Of a stretch of 64,000 bases of DNA, positions 53,196 to 64,000 are shown piece by piece. Under the pieces are notes generated by a model. It did no database searches, was not told where the DNA came from, and saw only the letters and a list, made by a program, of their open reading frames with translations. Made by a program: the position numbers and the translations under genes. Source of the stretch: an uncultured Actinomycetes bacterium (lineage in GTDB: Bacteria > Actinomycetota > Actinomycetes > S36-B12 > UBA10799). Each line of letters opens with the position of its first letter. The first letter of the stretch is position 1. The DNA is taken from NCBI GenBank assembly GCA_964474045.1, contig CAYYRC010000009.1:1256-65255 (forward strand). Reading direction: 5' to 3'.

Positions 53196-56100
53196 TTACC
53201 CGATCGGTGCCGAGAAGTAGCCCAGCACGTCCACGACAGCGTGGGCGCCCTGACCTGGGCTGAACAGGCTGATCTTGCTGCCGTCCGGGGTCACGTCCAC
53301 GCCGAGCATGCTCGCGTTGGCGCGGTTGTGGCCGGCGGAGGGCCAGTTGATCAGAGATGCCTGCGGCGGCGTGTCACCGGTCGGGAAGGCCCGGAAGTGA
53401 TCACGCGTGGTGCCGGCAACCTCGGTGAGGTTGAACGCGATCGCCTTCGCATTGGAAGGAATCACGTCCCACTCGTAGATGTTGCCGTTCTCATCGATCT
53501 CGTTCGAGATCACGGTGGCCTTTGCCGGGTGACTGACGATCCCAGCCTCGGGGCCGACACGGCTGTCGAACGTGCGGACAGGGTCGATCGGGAAGTAGCG
53601 CAGCCCCGAACCGTCCGTGACGAAGTAGCCCTGGATGTCGACCATCACCTTGGCCTCACGAGCACTGCCGCTGTAGATGACGACCTTGCCGTCATCGCCA
53701 GGCCGCACTACCGAGGAGTTGGCGACGACGTCACCCTGGCCGAACCAGTTGAGTGCACTGGTCGGGGTCAGCGCGCCCGGCGTCGCCGAGTAGGGCTGCA
53801 CCCGCAGGTGACCGGAAGCAGTGCCGTCCGCCTCGGTGAGGTTGTAGACCACGGCGTTCACCTTGGTCATGTCCACACCGGGGATCGGCGCACCGGTCTT
53901 GTCCTTGCCGAGGTCGACGACGACGCCCGAGGCGACCGTGCCGTTACCCGGCTGGACGACCTGCTCGAAGGCCCGAACCGGGGCTGCGAGCGGGGTGAAG
54001 GTGCCCGTCACCGCCGGCGGCGGCGTGTCCTGCGGCTGGGGCTGCGGGCCGGACTGAACCAGCTTCACGGCCTCGTGCAACCGGTAGTAGCCGACCACAT
54101 CGACGGTGAAGTTCGCCTGGCCCACGGCGCGCAACTTGAACTTGCCGTCGGCGACCGTCACGTTGATGCCGTTGGCGAGTCGCTCACCCTCGACCCAGTT
54201 CATCACCGAGGTGGCCTGCGGCAGGACATCTGGCGCATTGCCGGGGTAGAGCTCGGCGTGACCGGGCCCGTTGGGGTTGGCCATCGTCAGGTTGATCGCC
54301 AGCGCAGTCGCGTCGGCCGGCACCGGGTTGCCCGGCAGGTTCCGGACGTCGTAGGTGACCGTCTGCATGTTGAGCGGAGCATTGTCCACGAGCCTCAGCG
54401 GCTCGGGGAGCGTCGTGAGCTCCGAGCCGATCGGGCCAGGAGTGACCTCGAAGGGCGTTCCCGCACTGACGCCGCCAGACGTGCGCTCGCGCAGCTCCAT
54501 GGAGAGCTTGACGTCGCCGGGCAGGTCGTCGATGTACAGCGGCGGCGTGGTGTCGCCGATGAGCTGCGTCCAGTCCTGAGCGACGCTCGCCGGTGCGACG
54601 ATGCGGTACTCGTAGGAATCGACGCCGACTCCGCCCGTGTCACCCTCGGTGACGTCGAGCTCAGCCGAGTACTTGCCCGGGGTCACGGAGTTGATCGTGG
54701 GCGGCAGCGGCACGGGGGCCGGGGTGCCGGTCATGACATCCGAGACCGGACCGGAACCAACAGCGTTCACGGCACGCACGTAGATCTGGTAGATCGAGCC
54801 GTTGATGAACTCATTGAAGCCGCCGCCGATGTCCGGGCCCTGGGTCAGCAGCGCCGGTTGCTCGGGGTTGTCCGGGGTTCCGCTACCCGCGGGGACGTCG
54901 ATCCAGTCGCCGTCCGGCGCGTCGGCCGCAAAGCCGTACTGGTACTTGGTGACGTGCGGGTTGCCCAGATCCGTCGGTGCCGTGAAGGAGAGCTTCAGAG
55001 CCTTGTCGGCGGACCCGACCGAGGTGATCGTCGGCTTGCCCGGCACCGTCTTGAAGGCGATGTCGTTGACCGAGGTCAGCTCCATCGCGGGCCGACCCTT
55101 GGCGTCCTGGCTCTTGTCGGCCTTCTGGGCGCAGGTGACGATCTTGTTGTCGCCCGCTGCCAGCGCGGCATCGTTGCAGGCAGCGAGTGCGCGCTGACCC
55201 CAGTAGTTGGGGTGCAGCGGGTTCTGGGTGCGGTCGTCGTTGCTGAGCTGGTCGCTCAGGATGACGGGTGTGGCCCACTCGCTCTTCTGGCCGTTGTAGC
55301 CCGCATTGGCCGGAGCCGGCGAGCCGATGGCGTACTCGGCTGTGGTGAGCGCGTTGCTGTGGGCCGGGTCGGCGGAGATGTGGTTGACCGTCTTCACGTT
55401 CCAGGGACCATCGACAACGCCCCCCTCGCAGAGCTTGTGCCCGGCGAAGGCGTTCGTGTTGTCGACATAGGTCACCGGCGTCGTGCCCAGAGCACCCTTG
55501 GACTCCTCGATGGCACCCTTCATCGCGCCTGAGAGGCGCGGGAAGACCGTGTCGTAGATCCACTTCAAGTCATCGTTGTACATGGCACAGCCGCCCTTGT
55601 TCTGACGGTCGTACCCGCTCTCCTTGAAAGCCGGCACCTCGGCAACGGGCATCGGCACCTGTTGGTAGACCAGCTTCCAGTCGGTGCGCGCATAGCCGGC
55701 GGCATCCATCGCGGTCACGATGTTGGCCACAGCGCCCTTGATCTTGTTCTTGATCACCAGCATGGCCTCTGGCGTGACCTTGTTGATGTTGTCAGCCTTG
55801 GTGTGGCAGTGGTAGCCGAACCAGCCGAGCGTGAAGCCCTTGATGCAGCTCGAGGCGATGTCGGCGAAGCCGGCGTCGTTACCGCCGATCGACAGCGCGA
55901 CGACCTTGACGCGCTTGGTCTTCGCGAAATCCTGGAGAAGTTGGGCCTGGCCGACGGTCCCACCCACGGGCTCGAAGTCGATCCCCGGCTTGACGTGGTT
56001 GCCGGATCCGACCTGCGAGTTCGTCGTGGCGCCGGAGCAGGCGAGGTTGGCCATCTTCAGACCGTTCGCGCCATCGTTGAGGCCGTTGGTGGCGCCCCAG

Positions 56101-56477
56101 TAGGAGCGGTGGCAGTAGCGGATGGTCTCCTCGGAGTTGATGTCCGCCCAGTCGGCCTTGTCGCCGTAGACGAGACCGGAGTACCCCCAGTTGGTCTTCG
56201 GCCCGATCGTCGTGCTGCGGGCGGCAACCTCCCAGTTGGTCCAGCTACCCGAGGGCGTGGCATCGGCGTAGCCGCGGTTCGAGGTGATGGCGCCTTCGCC
56301 GGAGATGTACGAGTCGCCGAGCGCGACCACGTACTGATCCCCGCCGGGGATCGCCTGGGGCGCGGGGTTCGGCGTTGCCTGTACCGGCAAGGCCGCCGCG
56401 CCGAGGGCGGCGGTGGCGGCGACGGCGGGAAGCCCTATCCATCGCACCCCCCGGCCCACTGACGAGCGTAATGACAT
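53196..56477 (-). CDS. large secreted SGNH/GDSL hydrolase with two FN3-like domains and three C-terminal ~125-aa repeats
   Basis: Signal peptide ...AALPVQA. SGNH blocks are GDSYISGEG, SIGGND and a DxxH-like block (NPLHPNYWG). Two FN3-like segments (PGKPTITSV..., PLPPTINSV...) are followed by three repeats (53199-54398). ATG 56477 is preceded by GGAGAGGAG. Confidence 0.8.
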   Translation of the reverse strand: MSLRSSVGRGVRWIGLPAVAATAALGAAALPVQATPNPAPQAIPGGDQYVVALGDSYISGEGAITSNRGYADATPSGSWTNWEVAARSTTIGPKTNWGYSGLVYGDKADWADINSEETIRYCHRSYWGATNGLNDGANGLKMANLACSGATTNSQVGSGNHVKPGIDFEPVGGTVGQAQLLQDFAKTKRVKVVALSIGGNDAGFADIASSCIKGFTLGWFGYHCHTKADNINKVTPEAMLVIKNKIKGAVANIVTAMDAAGYARTDWKLVYQQVPMPVAEVPAFKESGYDRQNKGGCAMYNDDLKWIYDTVFPRLSGAMKGAIEESKGALGTTPVTYVDNTNAFAGHKLCEGGVVDGPWNVKTVNHISADPAHSNALTTAEYAIGSPAPANAGYNGQKSEWATPVILSDQLSNDDRTQNPLHPNYWGQRALAACNDAALAAGDNKIVTCAQKADKSQDAKGRPAMELTSVNDIAFKTVPGKPTITSVGSADKALKLSFTAPTDLGNPHVTKYQYGFAADAPDGDWIDVPAGSGTPDNPEQPALLTQGPDIGGGFNEFINGSIYQIYVRAVNAVGSGPVSDVMTGTPAPVPLPPTINSVTPGKYSAELDVTEGDTGGVGVDSYEYRIVAPASVAQDWTQLIGDTTPPLYIDDLPGDVKLSMELRERTSGGVSAGTPFEVTPGPIGSELTTLPEPLRLVDNAPLNMQTVTYDVRNLPGNPVPADATALAINLTMANPNGPGHAELYPGNAPDVLPQATSVMNWVEGERLANGINVTVADGKFKLRAVGQANFTVDVVGYYRLHEAVKLVQSGPQPQPQDTPPPAVTGTFTPLAAPVRAFEQVVQPGNGTVASGVVVDLGKDKTGAPIPGVDMTKVNAVVYNLTEADGTASGHLRVQPYSATPGALTPTSALNWFGQGDVVANSSVVRPGDDGKVVIYSGSAREAKVMVDIQGYFVTDGSGLRYFPIDPVRTFDSRVGPEAGIVSHPAKATVISNEIDENGNIYEWDVIPSNAKAIAFNLTEVAGTTRDHFRAFPTGDTPPQASLINWPSAGHNRANASMLGVDVTPDGSKISLFSPGQGAHAVVDVLGYFSAPIG

Positions 56478-56561
56478 CGTGCTTCTCCTCTCCCCCGCAC
56501 ACGCAAGCACGTCTGCGGATCCAACCGTTGCGTCATAACAGCGACTACTGAAACGTAGCCG

Positions 56562-56592
56562 CCGGTTCCGACTCTTCTCCGACCGGAACCGG
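56562..56592 (-). promoter_or_regulatory. hairpin in the putative 5' leader of the SGNH/FN3 gene (or terminator of the upstream oxidase gene)
   Basis: CCGGTTCCG / CGGAACCGG 9-bp stem with a 13-nt loop. On the minus strand it is followed by CGGCTACGTTTCAG. Confidence 0.35.
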
Positions 56593-56604
56593 GAGAGGGC
56601 GTGA

Positions 56605-56632
56605 ATTATCCAGTCGGACCTAGGGGTATCAA
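56605..56632 (-). promoter_or_regulatory. sigma-70-like promoter candidate (TTGATA-16 nt-GATAAT on the minus strand)
   Basis: The reverse complement of 56627-56632 is TTGATA and that of 56605-56610 is GATAAT. It lies in an A/T-enriched 230-bp intergenic region, ~125 nt upstream of ATG 56477. Confidence 0.35.
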
Positions 56633-56708
56633 CCGTTCGGAGGATTGCTTTACATCCCCCTGACGATTCCTTGAAGCAGGAGCCATAGTGCGCGGCTTCA
56701 GAGCGACC

Positions 56709-58337
56709 TCAGCCCAGCCCGAGCACACCCGGATTGAGGATTCCGGCGGGGTCGAGCTCGGCCTTGACGGCGCGCAGCACCCCCAGGCCCACGGGGCCGA
56801 TCTCAGCCGGCAGCCAGGGGGCATGGTCCCTGCCGACGCCGTGGTGATGAGTGATGGTGGCGCCAGCCGCGACGATCGCGTCGGAGGCGGCCGCCTTGGC
56901 GCGGCGCCACTGTGCGGCAGGGTCGTCGGCCGCGGGCGCGACCACGGTGAAGTAGAGCGACGCCGACGAGTCGTAGACGTGCGAGATGTGCGACATCACC
57001 CAGGGCTCGCGGCCGTCCAGGCCGAGGGCGCCTGAGAGCGCCTCGCGCACCGACTGCCGCAGATCGAGCAGCCGCGACCATGTCGTAGCCGTCTCCAGGG
57101 TCTCGACCAGGTAGCCCGCGTCCATCAGGTCGTCGCGGAGCAGCGGACCGTCGAAGCGGTGCCGGCGCCACGCCTCGCCGACGGTCGGACCCAGCGAGAC
57201 CCCACCATGGCGCCGGAGAATCCGCAGCGACGCCAGCCGGCGCGCCGCGACCGCCGCCCGATCGCCATCCCAGCCCAGGATCGCGAGGGCCGGTGAGTCG
57301 GAGACCCGGCGAACGCGCAAGTAGGCCTCCAACGCGTTGCCGACAGTCCCGCCAGGCCCGCTCATGGCCAACGTGGCCGCGGTCTCCTCCGGATCACTCA
57401 GCCGCATGACGTCGGCGGTGGCTCGGTTCTGGGCCAGCTCCCGGAAGGCTGCCACACCGCGCGCGTAGTCACTGAACAGCACGGCGGTGTAGGACGAGGT
57501 AGCCGGCAGCGGGCGCACCCGCAGCGTCACACTGGTGATCACCCCGAAGGCGCCCTCGGAACCCACGATGAGCCCGCGAAGGTCGGGGCCGGCGGCGCTG
57601 CGCTCAACGTTGCCCGCTCGCATCGTGCCGCGCGGGGTGACGAGCTCGACAGACTCGATCATGTCGTCGCTGCGGCCGTAACCGGTGGACGACTGGCCCG
57701 CCGACCGCGTGGCGGCGTAGCCCCCGATGGTCGCTCGCTGCCACGACTGCGGGTAGTGGCCCAGCGTCAGACCGCGGGTGGCCAGGATCCGCTCCAGGTC
57801 GGGACCGATGATCCCGGGACCCACGGTGACGAGCATCGACTCGCCGTCGATGTCCAGCACGTCCGCCATGCGCCCGGTGTCCAGCGCGATAGTCGGCCGC
57901 TCGATGGCGCCGGCTCTGAGCCCGCCCACCACGGAGGTGCCACCGCCCCAGGTGACGACCGCGAGGCCCAACTCCTCGGCGACCCGAAGGACCGCGCCCA
58001 CCTCTTCGGAACTGCCGGGCTGGACCACCGCGTCGGGAGCGGCGAGGGACCCGCTCCGACGTGCCACCAGGTCCAGATAGGACAGCCCGCCGGCCCGGCG
58101 GCGCCGGGCATCGTCGGACGTGTCGACGTGAGCCTCCCCGACGGCACTGGCCAGCGCGACGAGCTGCTCGGCGGACGCCCTCGACGGCGGGACCTCGACC
58201 GCGTCCCAGGCTGCGGCCGGCTGCGGGTTGCCGGGCCCCAGGTGGTCGGCCAGGAACTCCTCGGTGGCGGGGGACAGTCCCTCGCCCTTGCCCCGCCCCC
58301 ACCGCGTCGGATCGACGTCGAGCTCGAACTCTGCCAT
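56709..58337 (-). CDS. FAD-binding oxidoreductase (FAD-linked oxidase; alkyl-DHAP synthase / GlcD-like)
   Basis: The FAD-binding PCMH domain contains VVTWGGGTSVVGG, and a C-terminal FAD-oxidase domain ends in HHHGVGRDH. ATG 58337 is preferred (GAGGA 4 nt upstream). Confidence 0.85.
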   Translation of the reverse strand: MAEFELDVDPTRWGRGKGEGLSPATEEFLADHLGPGNPQPAAAWDAVEVPPSRASAEQLVALASAVGEAHVDTSDDARRRRAGGLSYLDLVARRSGSLAAPDAVVQPGSSEEVGAVLRVAEELGLAVVTWGGGTSVVGGLRAGAIERPTIALDTGRMADVLDIDGESMLVTVGPGIIGPDLERILATRGLTLGHYPQSWQRATIGGYAATRSAGQSSTGYGRSDDMIESVELVTPRGTMRAGNVERSAAGPDLRGLIVGSEGAFGVITSVTLRVRPLPATSSYTAVLFSDYARGVAAFRELAQNRATADVMRLSDPEETAATLAMSGPGGTVGNALEAYLRVRRVSDSPALAILGWDGDRAAVAARRLASLRILRRHGGVSLGPTVGEAWRRHRFDGPLLRDDLMDAGYLVETLETATTWSRLLDLRQSVREALSGALGLDGREPWVMSHISHVYDSSASLYFTVVAPAADDPAAQWRRAKAAASDAIVAAGATITHHHGVGRDHAPWLPAEIGPVGLGVLRAVKAELDPAGILNPGVLGLG

Positions 58338-58371
58338 GTGTCCTCGATTCAGCATTGGCCCCGGAAGGTGC

Positions 58372-58406
58372 TGTTACTATGTTACACATGGCGTCTCTGC
58401 GTAACA
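58372..58406. promoter_or_regulatory. candidate TetR operator: three TGTTAC hexamers (two direct, one inverted) overlapping divergent -10 elements
   Basis: TGTTAC at 58372 and 58380, and GTAACA at 58401. TACTAT (58375-58380) lies 7 nt before ATG 58388. On the opposite strand TAACAT overlaps the same hexamers. Confidence 0.3.
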
Positions 58407-59016
58407 GTGAAAGCGTGGGCTCCCGTGCCGCCGAGCGCCGAGCCGCAGCGGTGGGACCGTCGGCAGCCGTCGCAGCCGATCCCGTCCTCGCGGCCGGCTA
58501 CGACGTGCTGCTCGATGTGGGTCCGGGCAAGGCGACGATGGCCGAGGTGGCGAGGCGGGCCGGCATCTCGCGGATGACGCTCTACCGCCGCCACGACCAG
58601 ATGCGCACCCTCATCAGCGAGGTGCTCACCGCCGAGCTGGCCGTCGTCATGGCGGACTCGGTCGCGAACGCCGGCCAGGCACCGGGTCCGGCGAGGGTGG
58701 CGGACATCGCCACCGGGGCCGCCCGTGCGATCGCCGAGCACCCGCTGATGCTCCGGCTCATCGAGCTGGACCCGGCCACGCTGCTGCCGCTGCTCGTGAC
58801 CCGCCGGGGCTCAACCCAACGAGCAGCCGAGAGCATCCTGGCCGACGTGCTCGCCTCCGAGCCCGGCCTGGTGCTCGACGCCGAGGCCGACGTCGTCGCG
58901 CGCACCATCGTCACGGCTGCCTCCGCCTTCGTCTTCACCGAGTCCCTGGCGCGCGCCGAGGGCGTCGCCGGCGACCGCTGGCCGCAATTCCACCGAATGA
59001 TCGAGGGATACCTGAC

Positions 59017-59020
<4 letters not shown>
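58388..59020 (+). CDS. TetR-family transcriptional regulator
   Basis: The HTH reads ATMAEVARRAGISRMTLYRRH. The start is ATG 58388 (possibly leaderless) or ATG 58379. There is a 4-nt overlap with glpD. Confidence 0.8.
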
Positions 59021-60546
<1,526 letters not shown>

Positions 60547-60586
60547 ACCGCGAGGTGGCTCAGCGAAGGGGTCCTAGAATCGTCGG

Positions 60587-61315
60587 GTGAGCGAAGCCCA
60601 GTCCTGGCAAGCCCAGCCTGGGACGACTCCGCCCTGGGCTATCCGTCGCCGCCGCATCCTGCGCGACTCGGCGGCGATCGGCCTGGCCGTCGGCATCTAC
60701 GGACTGTCCTTCGGGGCCATCGCCGTCGCTGGAGGCTTCAGCATCTGGCAGACGATGGCGCTGTCGCTGGTGATGTTCACCGGCGGGTCGCAGTTCGCCT
60801 ACATCGGTGTCGTGGCCGCCGGCGGCAGCGCGATTGCGGCCGCGGTGGCCGCGCTGCTGCTGGGCGCCCGCAACACCCTCTATGGGGTTGCCGTGAGGCC
60901 GCTGGTGCCGAGCCGGGGCCTCCGCCGCGTCGCCGCCGCCCAGCTCACGATCGACGAGTCCACGGCGATGGCCCTGGCGCATGAGGACCCGCTTGACCCG
61001 AGGGCCGCCCGAACCGCCTTCTGGGCGACGGGGCTGGCGGTCTTCGCGGGCTGGAACATCGCCACGCTCGTCGGGGCGTTGGGCGCGGCGTCCCTGGGCG
61101 ATCCGGGGGTCTGGGGCCTGGACGCCATGGTCCCCGCCGCCTTCCTCGCGCTGGCCTGGCCGCGCCTGAAGACTCGCCGATCCGTGATGACGGCCCTGGC
61201 CGCCGCCACGGTGGCCATCGTGGCGGGCCTTTTCGCACCGCCGGGCGTGCCCGTGCTGCTCGGCGGATTGGTAGCGGTGGCCGCGGGCCTCATGCCGGGG
61301 CAGGTCACCCGTTGA
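60587..61315 (+). CDS. azlC: AzlC-family branched-chain amino acid exporter subunit
   Basis: GLAVGIYGLSFGA...LVMFTGGSQFA pattern; multi-TM; GTG start. Confidence 0.8.
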   Translation: MSEAQSWQAQPGTTPPWAIRRRRILRDSAAIGLAVGIYGLSFGAIAVAGGFSIWQTMALSLVMFTGGSQFAYIGVVAAGGSAIAAAVAALLLGARNTLYGVAVRPLVPSRGLRRVAAAQLTIDESTAMALAHEDPLDPRAARTAFWATGLAVFAGWNIATLVGALGAASLGDPGVWGLDAMVPAAFLALAWPRLKTRRSVMTALAAATVAIVAGLFAPPGVPVLLGGLVAVAAGLMPGQVTR

Positions 61316-61623
61316 ACTCGCTGGTCCTCGTGGCGACATCCGTGTTGGCGTGGCTGCAGAAGTACGCCGGCCACGCCGTCCCGGAGCGCTGGGTCAGCGG
61401 ACCGCGGATCAGCCGCATCACCGCGCTGCTACCCGTGGCGCTGCTGGCAGCCCTGATTGCGGTAAGCGCCCTGACGAGCGACGGCGTGGTGAGCGTCGAC
61501 GCCAGGGTGGCCGGCCTCGCCGCGGCGTTCGTGGCGCTGCTGCTGCGGGCGCCCTTCCTGGTGGTGCTCATCGTCGCGGCCGCGACGGCCGCTGCGCTGA
61601 GGGCGCTGGGGCTGGCCGCGTGA
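61312..61623 (+). CDS. azlD: AzlD-family small membrane protein
   Basis: 103 aa and hydrophobic. The TTG start overlaps the azlC stop, giving the canonical azlCD pairing. Confidence 0.7.
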   Translation: MNSLVLVATSVLAWLQKYAGHAVPERWVSGPRISRITALLPVALLAALIAVSALTSDGVVSVDARVAGLAAAFVALLLRAPFLVVLIVAAATAAALRALGLAA

Positions 61624-61672
61624 GTCTGGACCGCGGATGTCCCCTCAACGCCTGACCGCGTCGCGGGCGTGC

Positions 61673-64000
<2,328 letters not shown>

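Noticed and set aside
53079-55532. 817-aa plus-strand ORF starting in the G-run tract (MGRRWGGVGRRWGGG...)
   Set aside because: Its N-terminus is simply the translated G-rich repeat. The rest is antisense to the SGNH/FN3 gene, which has a signal peptide, SGNH blocks and FN3 patterns.

Overview
This is a high-G+C actinobacterial chromosomal window, indicated by a mycothiol-type DinB enzyme, ClgR, DUF3046 and a full-length Lhr. Coding density is about 90%. I support about 55 protein genes. I recognised no rRNA, tRNA, CRISPR array, transposase or integrase. The right half carries a conserved actinobacterial housekeeping backbone on the minus strand: M16 peptidase, dapB, thyX-dapA-rnj-ftsK-rimO-pgsA-cinA, plus clgR and lhr on the plus strand. 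Accessory genes interrupt this backbone. The left half is mixed metabolism and envelope functions: gldA, a hemerythrin-tailed P1B-5 ATPase with a CDF exporter, ldhA, pit, an amidase, a CNNM/CorC pair and a cyclophilin lipoprotein. Six things look most worth a second look. (1) 29.3-35.6 kb holds a tightly packed same-strand cluster: a lipoprotein, a GGDEF/EAL enzyme, an ABC-like protein with all catalytic motifs degenerate, a YhgE/Pip membrane protein and a methyltransferase. (2) 51.7-56.7 kb is rich in structured DNA. An AbiEi-like/DUF559-like gene is bracketed by about 99-nt direct repeats that each fold into a 67-nt hairpin, followed by a G-run tract, a 38-bp perfect palindrome and a lower-GC giant secreted SGNH/FN3 protein. 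(3) An unnamed triple beta-rich repeat module is shared by two different secreted enzymes. (4) A PafBC/RecA-NDp-like leaderless promoter lies in front of lhr. (5) The signal peptide of a cytochrome b5 lipoprotein has an apparent +1 frameshift. (6) A 22/11-bp tandem array lies between thyX and dapA. All functional calls rest on motif recognition by eye; no database search was run.
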